A stretch of DNA of 63,772 nucleotides, filler included, from Rhabdomonas costata (GCA_019059605.1; 58 parts of 58 records of this genome joined end to end with filler, not necessarily neighbours in it); one strand, 5' to 3'. Counted from the first letter of the whole stretch, positions 32,946-46,451 are shown. Made by a program: numbers and translations. The notes: a model not told the origin generated them from the letters alone.

Positions 32946-35900
32946 NNNNNNNNNNNNNNNNNNNNNNNNNNNNNNNNNNNNNNNNNNNNTTAATTAATTA
33001 ANNNNNNNNNNNNNNNNNNNNNNNNNNNNNNNNNNNNNNNNNNNNTTGCCGGCCTTCAGGAAAGCCTTATCAACATGATGCATCTTCTCCAGAATCATCA
33101 CCCGCTCCAAGAGGTCTTCGTAGTGAAGAAGCATCATGTTGATAAGGCTTTCCTGAAGGCCGGCGACGAAACAGTAAACTAACAAGATTTTTGCACATAT
33201 CCCCTGGATTCCAACAGAAGACTTCGCTGGAATTGAAGGGCATATACTGGAATTCCAACATACGAATCTGCACGGACTTGCAGCGGCTTTGCTTTTCGAG
33301 GATGCTCTGGGTGCTGTTTCAGGGCTTACTAGGGAAGAAGGTTCCAGTACAAGAATGGCGGGGGAGCACGTCCGACGGTGACAGACACCCAGCTAAAATG
33401 ATGTCAGTCTGGGCACAGAAATGGGTGCATACGCACGCGGACGGGTGCAGGCATACCGATTCCTCATCCCGCTGCTCGCCGATGGTCCAGGCTTCCACCT
33501 TTGCCCCCCCCCCAACCTCATGCGCGTGCGACCTGCCGTTGCGGGAAAGATCGCGTGAAACAGCAGACTTGCAAAATATCACGATAGGCAGAGTCTGCTC
33601 CTCGCTTCCTCCAAAGAGCGCATTGCTGAAGTTCCTGGTAAGGCATTCCACCTTAATCCACCAATTCACCATACCCAAGGTATTCGGGAAGGTACTTCCC
33701 AATACTTAACACAACACCAAAACCACCAAAACTGCAAGCAAGGTTCCAGAAAGGTGCTGATTTTCTTGGACAACTGTGCGGGTTTTAAGGTAACTTTTCG
33801 AAACCATGGGCGCAGGTTTTCTCCATCTCCACCCTTTCACCCTTCACCCTGGGTCTGCTACGGACGACAGCCTGGCGGCCAGGGGAGCATACCTTGGCAA
33901 CGAGGGAACGATGTGCTTCTGCGCGAAGGTCGTGATGCCACAACCTGTGAAGGGGATTGCAGATATCTTCCGACAAGTGGTCAGATATGCATGTAGGGGG
34001 GAGTGGAGCAGATTAGAAAAAGCACCCCACCTTCAAACAAAACAAANNNNNNNNNNNNNNNNNNNNNNNNNNNNNNNNNNNNNNNNNNNNTTAATTAATT
34101 AANNNNNNNNNNNNNNNNNNNNNNNNNNNNNNNNNNNNNNNNNNNNTGTGTGGGTTGAGCCTGCTTCTTGCAGCGCGAACCGGCTTCGGCTTTGAGGGCT
34201 TGGGTGGAGTGGGTCGGCTGCGGGCTGGGACAGCAACTCGTCGGTGTCCACCTCGCTTTGGGACTCGGGAAGGGGAGCTCTTGGATATCACAGTTGCCAC
34301 TACAGCAGTGCCAGAGTCACTTTGGTCTCCATCCAGAGCAATCGAAGGCACACTCTCTGTGTGCAATGCGCAAAAATAAAAAGAGATTTTGGTTTCAAAA
34401 AAAAACCTTCGTACTCAGACTTTTAAACTGAAGTGGCACATTAAATAATTACGGTGAGCCATCTACCTCACTTCCCCGCTATATGCGCTAACGGATGGAA
34501 GGGACATGGGCTTAAAGCAAAAGCGAGACACACCTTTTTATTTTGGCGAATTACCCGTTGTGTTGACGTCACATTAATACTTAGAGCACATTGCTCCCCA
34601 CAGGCAGATACAGCACAATATAAATTTGAGCAGGGGAACCTAACACAAAGTAAATCAGAGAACCACAGGAATACCAAGAATAATAATGTCCCCTCACACC
34701 TCATCCAGACCCTTTCCATCGAGATTACATCATCACATCATTTGTTTCATTGACAGCACTGCTCGAGGTGCTAATTGACGTTGTGTGAGTGCACAGTTTT
34801 TCCTGTGAGATGATACATAAAAAAACGTTAAGACCCCTAGGTCTCTCCCCAGCCGCCAGTTCCGGCTGCGCCCCGTACTGACGCAGGTCTTCGTCACAAA
34901 ACTAATGCTGCCCCACCACCTCCTTCCAAATTCCAGCCAAAGCTAGCCCACTTACATTAGAAACGAAAAGTCGGGGAGAGTTCCTACGTTCGAGCGGGCG
35001 CAGAGAAAACCTGGAATGGAGGTGGACGACTGCAGATGCTTCCCCAGCTCGTCCTCCGCTACTTCTTCCCCCATCCCGTCCATCCCGGTCGTGCCCTGCG
35101 GAGTTCCTCCCCGCGGCGGGGCTCGCGGTCCCACAGAGGGCCTCACCNNNNNNNNNNNNNNNNNNNNNNNNNNNNNNNNNNNNNNNNNNNNTTAATTAAT
35201 TAANNNNNNNNNNNNNNNNNNNNNNNNNNNNNNNNNNNNNNNNNNNNGTTGGTGTTGATCTGGCCAAAAAACACAAGTACAAAAAGAGCAAGCAACGGGA
35301 AGAAAGAGGGGCGAAATCCTGCTAAATCCAGTTGACACGCGAGGGCACCCAACCCTCAGTCAGCACGCGCCCTGGCGAAGAAGGGCAATTGCCCAAGGCA
35401 ACTGCCTTACACTGCTACACAGAACCACAACCATAAAGGGGAACTTGCCCAATCCGGCGCTTTCTTCCTGGTCGAGTTTCGGTGCACTAAATGGTGTACA
35501 GAAATGCAATGGTATAAAGAAACCCAGGATGAGGACGAATAAATGTTTCCAGGAACAGCAAAGGTCATAAAACAAACCTCAGCAGCAATCTCGGCGAAGG
35601 TCAAACTTCCTCGGCGTTGGGCAAGGTTCTGCAGAAACAACTTGACGGTGAGAAAGTCGTCCTGGGGAAGCGTCTCGTTCGCAAAAAAGCCCTATGAAGG
35701 GAGTGTAACCTGCCTCAAACTGACTTAAATTTGCGACCAGGATGAAGACAGTGGAAGCGACCTGCTAAACAGGCAAAAGACCAAGCTTCCTTCGGCTTAG
35801 CCCTCAAAACATCAAGTAAAAATGACCTGAAGCCTGTCTCGCGGAAACCCGTCAGGAGCCACGAGAGCGGCAAAAGCAGGAAGCAACTCTTTTGGAACCA

Positions 35901-37792
35901 AGCAGTCGGAAATCTGGTAACGTTTCAAAACGTTGACGTAAACCGGGCGCCCGTCCCAGAAGGCCTAAAAACGACGGCATGGAAGTTGCTGCGAAGCACC
36001 AAGAAGCCGGAAAACACCACCAAACGACAAAACGGAGCACCTCCCAGTCAAAGAAGGACGGATGCAAAGACAACAGTGACGGAATGGGGAACAGGAGGGC
36101 ATCCGAAAGATCAGTTCCGACAGCGGCGAATATTTCCGGCTCCATGTCTGCGCAGTATAGGGCAATGGCTTTCGAAGTCTCGCAAGAAGAATTGAACACC
36201 CGAACACCGACTCGGGCCAGAAAAGCCTTCGCCAGCGCGAGTCGAACCNNNNNNNNNNNNNNNNNNNNNNNNNNNNNNNNNNNNNNNNNNNNTTAATTAA
36301 TTAANNNNNNNNNNNNNNNNNNNNNNNNNNNNNNNNNNNNNNNNNNNNCTTCCCAAAGAGATGCGGGTGGTGCTCCAGTCCGGCGGGCAGAGCTGTGAGG
36401 CAGCTGTGATGAGGCACTGTGAAAACCGCCTTGAGGTGGTGGACGTGAGTAGGTTTCAGTGCGGAGGTCGGGCGGGGTAAAGAGGTGACCGTATTTTGTA
36501 TAGTCCTTGTGTGTGTGGACCGGGACAGAAACCGACTGCGCCTGACGCGCTTAACTGTTGCTGTCATGTGCAGGTTTTGTTTCGCTGAAGAAGTCCCCCT
36601 TTGGTTTTCTTGTCTTCGCGCGCTCGCGTGTGTGGAAACTCGAAAGCAAGCGCACACTTCAGAAATATAAAGAAAAACCAGGTAAAAACCCGTGCAGGCA
36701 CCGCGTCTTGTGCTCGCCATAAACTCTGGTGCGGGGGAGGGGCGGCCAGAATGCTTGGGAACGTATCGGTTGAGTTATTGCATTATTCAGACCAGCTATG
36801 GCAATGTTACAAAATTCTCCGGTGTTTTTCTGTTGCATCTCTCCGGATTTATTTCTATGAACTTTGGTTTTTCGTATGGTGTGAGTGTCAGGCCGATACT
36901 CGAGTTGGAGTCATTTGTACCCTCAGTTCGCTGCTCTGTGGTTGCTCTCTGTGCGCAGATGCTTTCTCGCCGCTGTTCAGTGTTTGCGAAGCTTCAAAGC
37001 AACGCCCTCGTTATGTGTGTCTCCTAACCAGTTCCGCGCATACACGCACTTTGAACCGTATTTTCTGTTTGAGAGGGCGAAGCCGAAGCGGGCCCGGGGT
37101 CTTTTGTATGAAAAGCGGGCCTCCCAAAACGCTGCCTAGGCCGGTTTTTATGACTTGTTTGGTTTTTATGAGGAAAAGCGGGATTTTGACAGCCCTGTAG
37201 GTGAGTGGGTGGAATGAGGCCGAAGCACCAAAGCATCCGCTGCGCTGGGCTTCGCCGCGCCTGTGATGAAATGGTTGGTCCCAAGCAAGTCCGACAGGGC
37301 CTGCACGTCAGCCTTGATCTTCTTGCGGCGCACCTCACCCTTCCCACCANNNNNNNNNNNNNNNNNNNNNNNNNNNNNNNNNNNNNNNNNNNNTTAATTA
37401 ATTAANNNNNNNNNNNNNNNNNNNNNNNNNNNNNNNNNNNNNNNNNNNNTGGGGTGTTGTGCCTTTTTTCTGCACATGCCGTCGTTTTGCTCCATGACCC
37501 ACCGACACTGAATGCATTTTCGAAAGCTGGGTGTCATACTTTAGGTCAGATATACGAAAGGAAACGAAAGAATTATTTCCTGGTATTTTAACTCGTCATT
37601 ACCCGCTCCCTGTTTTGTATCTGCTGGACGCTGGAATAGTACCCGGCCAAAATGGAAGAATTCATTTTGCAGAGCTAGCCAAGTCAAGCTCCTTGATCAG
37701 GCGGATGCACAAGCCCACATTCAAATCGTGTGATTGCAGGTCTGTCATTCTTGGTGTAAAGTGCCCTTTTGCTGGATTGCTCGTTTGTTCAG

Positions 37793-38450
37793 AACAAAAG
37801 CCAAGCCCTGTGCGGGATGCGAGCCAGCACTCCGAGCGCGACAGCAAAGCCGGGGGTGCATCGGCTGCGGGCTCCGTTCCCAGGAAAAGCCGGAGTCGTT
37901 CCGCGTCTCCAGAAAAGGACGCCGTCAGCCAGGGCAGCCGAAGCCCGTCGAAGTCTGAAGATGTTGGAGAGGAAGAGAAGACATCTTCGCAACGGCCTGC
38001 GTCGGAAAGTCCCCACCCCAAGGAGGAACACCTCGATAAGGAAGGAAGTGCCCCCGGCGAGCCAATGTCAAATGACGAAGATGAGCAGCCACGATCATCG
38101 GAGCGTGAGGAGGACCGAAGGCCACCAAGCCCCAAGCGGAAGGAGCAGCGCCGGAAGCGAAGGGGTGAGAAGGCCCGAACTTCGGACAGCGACGCCAGTG
38201 AGTCCGGGGATGAGCGTGCGCCGCGGGCCCATGGGATTCAGAAGGACCTGGAGGACCGGCTGGAGCGGCAGAAGAAGGAGCGGCTGCAGCGGGAAGAGGC
38301 GGAGGCTCGCGCGGCCCTGCTGCGGGCCCAGGCTCGAGAGCGCGAAAAGGAGGCCGCTCGCGAGGAGGCCCGTAGGGAGGCTGTTGCAGAGCAGCAGTCT
38401 CGGGAGTGGAGCCGGCTGCTAACCCTGGCAAAGCTGGACCCACACACCCC
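37793..38450 (+). CDS. Large exon of a low-complexity Ser/Arg/Glu-rich, coiled-coil protein
   Basis: Begins after TTTGTTCAG with a sharp shift to GC/purine-rich codons. RSRSASP motifs are followed by an E/R/A helix (LERQKKERLQREEAEARAALLRAQARERE). Confidence 0.7.
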
Positions 38451-39279
38451 NNNNNNNNNNNNNNNNNNNNNNNNNNNNNNNNNNNNNNNNNNNNTTAATT
38501 AATTAANNNNNNNNNNNNNNNNNNNNNNNNNNNNNNNNNNNNNNNNNNNNTTGTTGGGGTCTGGTGGCGATGCACGGGTCCCCTGGGATTGCAATAGAAG
38601 ATGTACCGGGGTAAGCAGGCGATGCCTGGGTCTTCTGGGATTACAAATAGAAGCTATTGCAGGGTGTCACTTATGCCGACCTTTTTTTTCTTTAAACGAA
38701 AGAAGAAAAAAACGCACGCAACGCTCCGAATGAAAGCGTGACCCATTGTTTCGTGGGGTGGTGTATGGGTATCACAGTCTTCCTGGTGTGCAGGTGTGAC
38801 TTCCGTTTCCGCGTTTTTTTCTACCCTGCATAGGCTTTTTCCCTTTTCTCCCTGTTTTGGGCTGCCTGTTGCAGCCTCCTGTTTTGCCTGCCCTCGCCAC
38901 CCTCTTTTTTTTCCCCGATCAGCCCCGAAAAAAGGTGTGTGTTTCTCTGTGTAGGTTAGCCCTCCGACGAGGCGCGGACTCCTTGGGGTTTGAGGTGGAC
39001 CCCACAACCATTGCATATTCATGGGACTGATCGGTTGGGGCTCTCGTTTGTAATCGGGTACCACCATCTCCCATTAATGGGGTCGTGGACTAATGGGACT
39101 GAGCTTAGGCAGACGAGTGGGACAGGGACGGAGGCCCTACAGTTAGGGACAGAAGCCCTCCAGCTTTTTTCCGTTCCGTTCGCTTTGCCGTGCAGACTGG
39201 GCTTTTGGCAACATTCCACTGTACACCACATCGCTCACCAGGCTGCGGAATTTTATTTTTTTGGGGGGGGGGCTCTTAG

Positions 39280-39493
39280 GTTTCTGATGCAGTTCGAAGC
39301 AAAGGTTGAGCCCCCGGTGGGCGACGAGGGCGGGGCGTCCGCAGGGATTGCCTCCAGCTCCACGGTGCTTCGGTTGCATCCCAGGAACTCGGGCCTGAAG
39401 AGAGCCCTGGTGGCCTTCAACGACCGCTACAAGCGGTTCCGCGGCGAAACTCCTTGGGTGTCGGCGCCAGTTTTGATGAATGCCGTGGGCCAG
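39280..39493 (+). CDS. Putative internal exon, unknown protein
   Basis: TAG| ... CAG|GT boundaries; FLMQFEAKVEPP..LHPRNSGLKRALVAFNDRYKRFRGETPWVSAPVLMNAVGQ; GC3-rich. Confidence 0.5.
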
Positions 39494-41852
39494 GTTTGTC
39501 CCATCACTCACAACCCGACACCAGCCAGCGCGCTATGCGCTCAACCCCACANNNNNNNNNNNNNNNNNNNNNNNNNNNNNNNNNNNNNNNNNNNNTTAAT
39601 TAATTAANNNNNNNNNNNNNNNNNNNNNNNNNNNNNNNNNNNNNNNNNNNNGGTGTGGTTGTCAGCAGGCCCGCTGCTGCTGCTGCTGCTGCTGCGTGTC
39701 TGCGTGTCTGCGAATCAAAGGGGTCGGCTTCCGTGGTTTGAATCATTTTCTCTTGAATCTGTGCTTTTTGAGTAGGTTTCATGTGAGTGTCCTGAATAGA
39801 ATCGGAGGCTAGCTTGCCGTATTCCTCAAATCAGTGCCCTCCTTCGCGTTGCCCGTATCATAAGCCTCCTTTTGCTGCCCTCCCTCCGCGATGAATGCGT
39901 TTTCTTGTCACAGCTGTTTCACACGGTGTGGGAGAGCCCTAGCCAACCGCCCGCGGACCGTCAGAGCACCCTCTGATTCTTGTTATGAGCAGTCCCCAGT
40001 CCCCGCACCATGCCCGCTGGTCTGCTTCCAGGGGGAAAAGGCTGGTTGCTGGTGCCCGTGTGGTCGCCTGGTCAGCAATGTGCGAGGCGCTTTGATGACA
40101 GTACATGCGGTGAAACAGAGGAGTTCCGTCGTCTTACCACAGTGTTCGCGTGCACCTGTTGTACAATCGACGCCTTTTCTGTATCATGAACGAGTGGCGT
40201 AACCCGTGAGTAGGAGAGAGCAAAGGAAGGAAAAGAAAGACATTCGGAATCTTCAACTTTTCTGCGCGGCCGCTTTGCTACTCTCCCACAATTTTTTTGA
40301 TCTCTTGCTTGAATTGCCCCAGCTTTGGCGTAAAAAAAGCTTTCAATGCGCGCCCGCGTGTTCGCTTGATCGTCGTTAATTTTCAAAAGCACTGAAAGCG
40401 CCGACAGCCTCCTTCAAGTGAACTGCGCGGGGTAATGCCCCTTTCAACGCAGTATTTCACTCCATGAATTCCCGGTCAGGTTCTCTCGTCAGAGGTTTCG
40501 GGGGCCCTCGCGCACGTTTTTATCCCTACCCCTTTATGCTTATGGATAGGCATGGTAACCTGCTACTTGGATGGCCCCGCCGCCCGGAAACCCGGACCGA
40601 GGTTGTTGTGTCCCTTGGCCAAAGCTGGTGATATATTACAACCAACCCCACCNNNNNNNNNNNNNNNNNNNNNNNNNNNNNNNNNNNNNNNNNNNNTTAA
40701 TTAATTAANNNNNNNNNNNNNNNNNNNNNNNNNNNNNNNNNNNNNNNNNNNNGGTTTGGTTGGGATGGGTCCTGCCTCGGACCGTCTGCCGCAGCCCTCC
40801 AGAAAATCAAATTTCTGCGGGCTTAGTACGTTTCCTCGTCCCCACCACCGCCCCTATTGAGTAGCATACCCATGAGCAGTGATTGCTCCTCACGGCTGAG
40901 TAGCAGACGCGAATCAAGGAAATCTGTAATGGGGATGACATTGTGACATTGGGTGGGTGGACACGAATGGCCGATTAAAGATGTCGAAACCTCTCACTCT
41001 TGAAAATACGAAACAGCCAACCCCCTCTTCCTCGCAGATAGAACGCCTCCGAAACACCTGCTAATGGTCAATCTTTGATGGAACTTCAGGAGAACATGGG
41101 TGGCGCTCAGGTGTCTGGTTCTGGCAGCACCGCGGACTCGTCGCCGCGCCTGGCTAGGCCCGGAAAAGCTACTCGGGGTTGCACCGTCTTTCGCTCCCCG
41201 GACAATTTGCGCAGCCATCGCTATTCATGTTTAGCGTTCGCTATTCAGCGTTCGCTTCTCTTGAATAACGCCACTCTCCGCGTCACTACAAGGTGATCAG
41301 CAGGAGGAGGGAACGGGCAGCGGATTATACTAACTTCCAAAACCAACCAATGTCTTGCAACAAGGCTGCGGCGAAAAAGGCGGCCGCGGCAGCACCAAAG
41401 GTATGCAGCACTCATTAAGAACACTCTGTTGAGTTCCAAACGGTGTTGGGTGCACGGCCTGGAGACCGAGGAAACCAAATCAAAATGATGGCGAGTGGTC
41501 GTCATTTCCTGCGGTCAGTGGTCACTGTTATGAAACATGCGACACTGGCCCTAGGTTCATGACCCAGCATCAAAACAGTTTTGTGCTCTCCCAAGAACTC
41601 CGGCGAAGAGAATAACAACAGCGGGTTCACCACTACTGATATTCGGAATCAAAACCACATAGAGACCCCCTCCATCCTCCATATGATACTCTCCCGCACT
41701 CTCTAATGCTCCTTCTGCCCATTCGTCCACCTCCCACCAAACACACCCACACNNNNNNNNNNNNNNNNNNNNNNNNNNNNNNNNNNNNNNNNNNNNTTAA
41801 TTAATTAANNNNNNNNNNNNNNNNNNNNNNNNNNNNNNNNNNNNNNNNNNNN

Positions 41853-42597
41853 AAAAGCCCCAACCGGTTCCCAGAGACCCAGGCCGATGCGGTTGTGGGC
41901 TGTCTGGACACCCTGGCACCCCCCGGCAAAGCCCTCATCAGGGCCAGGCTGTGCTACGGCAGCAGCCGAGACACAGACCCCGACTTTGAGGCGCAGGCCC
42001 TGCGGCTGCTGCAGAGCAGGGCCCGGGCCCTTTTGAGGGATGAGGGCTGCCCCGCGGTGGGCATTGGAGAGCCCGAGTTGCGCCGCGCCAGGCTGGCCCT
42101 GCAGGCGATGGGGGTGAGTGCCGCCCAGTTCGCTGCGCTGTTCCTGTACAGCGATGAGATCAAGAGCGAGGAGCGGGCAGACCAGGCCGAAGCCCAGCCA
42201 CCGCTGGCAGAGGATCCTCCAGAGCCCATCACTTCGGAGAGTCAGCCTATGCCGGAAACCGGGACCCAGCCCTCGCCCAAGCCGAAGCCCAAACCCGACC
42301 AGTTGTACACCTTGCTGACCTCCGCTCAGCGGGCCGTCGTTGGGGCGAACCCCGAGCACCCTGCCCACGCTGTGCTGAAAGCGCTGTCCCCGCTCGTGAG
42401 CGCCATTCAGGAGTACCTTGAGCATGGGCCGGTGCCCAAGGTGGACGCGGAGCAGGACGTGCTTTACCGTGGGGTGAGCTATGAAGTCTCCGAGGAGCAG
42501 GCTCGGAGCCGGCGGCTGTTATGGCAGTGCTTCTCCAGTGCCTCGCTCTCCGCCAGCTCGGCCCGCAGCTTCCTGCGACCCGGTGGGACGCTCCTTG
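41853..42597 (+). CDS. Mono-ADP-ribosyltransferase (R-S-E / ARTC, C2-C3-like) domain exon
   Basis: The frame is open from the contig edge. ALFLYS, LYTLLTSAQR (cf. LYxxLNxALR), VLYRGV (catalytic Arg strand), LLWQCFSSAS (STS motif), ARSFL, GGTLL occur in canonical order. Confidence 0.8.
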
Positions 42598-43100
42598 GCC
42601 GTGGCCGTTTTTTTAACAAGCCGGCATACGTGAAGTTGGTTTAAGAGTTCCTGGGGGGAGTTGAAAATTTCGCAAATGCCTTGCTTTCAACTCCCATCAC
42701 ACTTAAGGTGCACTTGCAACAGCTTGCAAAACTGCAAAACTCTTGCCGCATGCCTTTTGGGCCGGTGGCGCATTGCAGTCATGTTTGCCTCAACTAGTGC
42801 CGAATAGACGAAGGTGGGCTCTCACGGGCCTGTCAAGGACCTCCCACTGGGTTNNNNNNNNNNNNNNNNNNNNNNNNNNNNNNNNNNNNNNNNNNNNTTA
42901 ATTAATTAANNNNNNNNNNNNNNNNNNNNNNNNNNNNNNNNNNNNNNNNNNNNAAATGTGTGCCATTGAAAATGCGGTTGCTTCTGGTTCGTGGTGGACA
43001 TTTGACATTCCATCTGTGCGGGCATGCCTTCCTGAAGGGACGATAGAAATTCTCGTTGCTTTATTCGGCTTGTTCCATTCCATTGCTGTCTTAATGCTTA

Positions 43101-43954
43101 ATGCGAGCGCCCGCACCAGCGCCTTTGCGTCCACTTCAGCTCGCCCTGTGCCCTTTCTCCGACGTGGTGACGGGGGAACCGTCAGTTGCCGGAGGCCACG
43201 GCTCCCCTAAGGGCACTGCCGTGCTTCTGGGGTGGGGAGGGTGCTTCTGCCGTCCCGACCTCACCGCGTATGCGGAGGTTTACCACGGCCTGCAGTGGCG
43301 CACCGTGGCCACGGTGTACCCCATGTTCCGAGGCGGGCACAACGGCTCGGCGGTACACGAGATTCAGGAGGTGATCCGATTTCTCAACTCTGGGCCGACT
43401 CACAGCCCGGTGGTCGTTCACGGTACGCCGTGGGGTGTTCTCATCCCAGTTCCGTTAATCCGGGAGGACACTCTCCCGACCATTTCAACTCATCGCGTGC
43501 CGTGGGGCATGTGCAATTTCCACAGGCGTTCTTTGCTAAGGGATATGCGGCGGTGTCGGAAGTCCACAGAACAGTTTGAACCGGTGGTCTCATTGGAATC
43601 CGCGGTACTTACCAAGCAACTGTGCGTCGATTTCTGCCGAAGGTTTAACTGGTTGGCATGTTTTCTGGTTTGGGTACGGCTAAGCACTTAGTACGGGTAA
43701 GTTTCTGTTCCCCCCGTGGCTTTACTGCAGTGTTCTCTAACCATGGCACCATGTATGCGCCCGACCTGCTTGGCGCTCTGAAGCAAGCCTCAACCCTCCG
43801 TCCGTCCGCCCTGTCCGTGATCTTCGACTGCGCCCCAAGCGCAGCTGTGGACTCCCCCTTGCTGGAAGAAGCTGTGCGACGGTGCACCCTGCAGCTGCTT
43901 CGCCGCACTGACACCCCCAATGCCGGGGAGCTGACCAGCGAGCTGCATCCGAAT
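43101..43954 (+). CDS. TMEM53/DUF829 alpha/beta-hydrolase-fold protein, two exons (..43422, 43731..)
   Basis: AVLLGWGG, VVVH|VFSNHG rebuilt across a phase-1 GT-AG intron, and VIFDCAP correspond to the family motifs LLGW, HVFSNGG and IFDSAP. Confidence 0.8.
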
Positions 43955-44458
43955 NNNNNNNNNNNNNNNNNNNNNNNNNNNNNNNNNNNNNNNNNNNNTT
44001 AATTAATTAANNNNNNNNNNNNNNNNNNNNNNNNNNNNNNNNNNNNNNNNNNNNTGTGTTTTTTACTCAACTGGGAACAGTTGGAAACACGTAGAGAAAA
44101 GGGTGTGCGAAAAGACAAGCTATCCCCAACCTGGGAACCGCACAGCCACGATGCTCACAAATGTCCCCTGGGACCATATAGTCACATTCTCTATGCCTCT
44201 TCTTCATTTACACGGACATCATCGATAATCAAGCGCCAAGCGCCCGGAGAGGGGGGATTGATATCACGCCCTCGCGGAAATGTACTTCAGATGTTTACAC
44301 TCCCAAAATGCAGTCGATCCGAGCGGTGCCAAGCTCTGTCGCAACTCAGCTCAGGAAAATCAGGTTTCTTGGGTGTGTTTAAGCAAACGACTCCCCGTGG
44401 GGTACAATTTGGGAAACCACACGCACAATCCCACACAGTGAGCACCCGCGGTGCACAC

Positions 44459-44587
44459 CGCGGTCCGCTCTCGAGTCGCCTCGGCCTGCTTCGCCATCGC
44501 CCGAACCATCGCGGGGTCGACCAAATCAATGTTCTTCAGCTGGATATGCTCCACCTTCACGCCCCAGTCCCGAGCCTTCTCCTCAAC
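44459..44587 (-). CDS. Stomatin/Band 7 (SPFH) exon
   Basis: 43-codon exon VEEKARDWGVKVEHIQLKNIDLVDPAMVRAMAKQAEATRERTA between CAG| and |GTGTGC; WGVKV..RAMAxQAEAxRE is the stomatin signature. Confidence 0.92.
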
Positions 44588-44782
44588 CTGAGTAACACAA
44601 AGCCTGGAAATGAGTTGAAAATGCAGATAGGCCAATGAGTTGATATCGCCCCGTTCAAAATTTGCATTCCAAAACAGCACGAAATGCAAATCCCAATACA
44701 TTACAAGCATCGCATCGCAAATATTCAAATAGCAGCCAGGGCAACTATTTCTAAAGGATTGGGCCGGACCCCGGGATATGTA

Positions 44783-45047
44783 TTTAAAACGCATATTGCA
44801 GATACGACAAGCATTACCCCACGTCACTTCAGAAGCAAAAGCTTCACCAAAAGTTCCCGATTTAGAATGCGCTTTGCCAAAGCGGTGGTCACCTTATGTC
44901 GCTCATCATGGGCGAACATGGCTATCACACCGACGCCACGACGCAACGATAGGACACATTACTCTTTGATTGCATCTTTTTGGTGAAGCTTTTGCTTCTG
45001 AAGTGACGTGGGGTAATGCTTGTCGTATCTGCAATATGCGTTTTAAA
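44783..45047. repeat. Contig-terminal inverted repeat of about 70 bp (44783-44852 / 44977-45047)
   Basis: TTTAAAACGCATATTGCAG...GCTTCACCAAAA and its reverse complement at the contig end; one of at least seven such cases. Confidence 0.9.
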
Positions 45048-46355
45048 CACACACANNNNNNNNNNNNNNNNNNNNNNNNNNNNNNNNNNNNNNNNNNNNT
45101 TAATTAATTAANNNNNNNNNNNNNNNNNNNNNNNNNNNNNNNNNNNNNNNNNNNNTGCCTGGCTCGTTGGCAGCCCCTTTATGCTCGCGGAGTTCCTCTG
45201 TCACCTTAAATGGAGGAGGTGCATTCCACGCAGAGGGAGGGGCAGCTGAATGCTGACCTTCCTGGCCTCCTGTTATTCTGTTTGGTGTTTGTGTGCGCCA
45301 CTGACGTGTGCTCCAATCCAGTTTCGCTTCCGTTTCCTCCTTTTTCCCTTCCCTTTTTTTCTCTCCCGACCTGCAACTGAAGTGGCACAAGCCACTCGCT
45401 TGCACTCTTCGGGACGGTTGGTTTCTTCATCTTTTCATTGAGGTGGGAGTTTTGTTTTGTTACCAACCCTCCTTTCTGCTTTCCGTTTGTAGATAGGCTT
45501 CTTAGAGGGAGTACGGGCCCTCTTGTTTGTTTCAATTTCCTCCCTCTCGACTATAGAGTTCCCTATAGAGTTTTGACATAGAACTTTTGCTGCACCTGTT
45601 TCTGCAGTGCACTCTTGCATTTGGAACATGATGGTGATGGCCGTTGCTTTCCTTCATATTTTTGAGCAGCCTTTGCGAGCTATACTGCCTTACTGCCTAC
45701 TGATGAATTTTTCTTAATCCCAAGACGTTCTGAAAAAATGCCCGAACTGAACTGGTTTCAGGGATTTGTCATGTGCCAAGCGGCCTCTGGCGCAAAGCTT
45801 GGACTCAGTTGGCAGGCTGCAAAGGTCCAAAAAAGCGCCTCCTCAGGCGCTTGAAAATGCGCAGAAGGCAATAGAAACGACCCTCCAAGAGGCAGCCTTA
45901 AGGCGTGGATGTGCAGCCAGTGACTTCAGAACTCAAAACAAGAAAATTACTTCCACACCTCCAATTAAGGCACCCAACACCCAAGGCGTGGAGTGAGGAT
46001 GAGGGGAATTCATGTGCACGCGGGCAAATATCCCACCTGGTGCTTGCATGGAATTCTGGGTTGACGGCTCTCCCTTTGCGGTCCATTGCAGACGCCCGTC
46101 TTTTTTGCTCATCTTCCTCCTCCTGGTGCTTGCACCGCAGAAATGCACAACCCCCCNNNNNNNNNNNNNNNNNNNNNNNNNNNNNNNNNNNNNNNNNNNN
46201 TTAATTAATTAANNNNNNNNNNNNNNNNNNNNNNNNNNNNNNNNNNNNNNNNNNNNTGTGTGGTGGAGACGGAGACGTCGAAAACAGCTACAAAATGAAA
46301 TACCCCCACACTGAGCCACCATTCGCGGGAGGGAAGGGCGGGGTGGGGGGCAGGC

Positions 46356-46451
46356 CTTGGAGGCAGCCTTGTCGGAGGCCTTCGCGGCCTTTTCGAGCTC
46401 CTTTGTGGCGGTCTTCTCCACGGTAGTCTTCAGAGAGTCTGAGATTCCCAT
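46356..46451 (-). CDS. Putative first exon of a K/A/E-rich helical protein
   Basis: MGISDSLKTTVEKTATKELEKAAKASDKAASK in GC3-rich codons, ending AAG|GC before a poly-C tract. Confidence 0.4.

Noticed and set aside
41805-42425. 206-aa minus-strand ORF
   Set aside because: Antisense to the motif-bearing ART frame; expected from high GC3.
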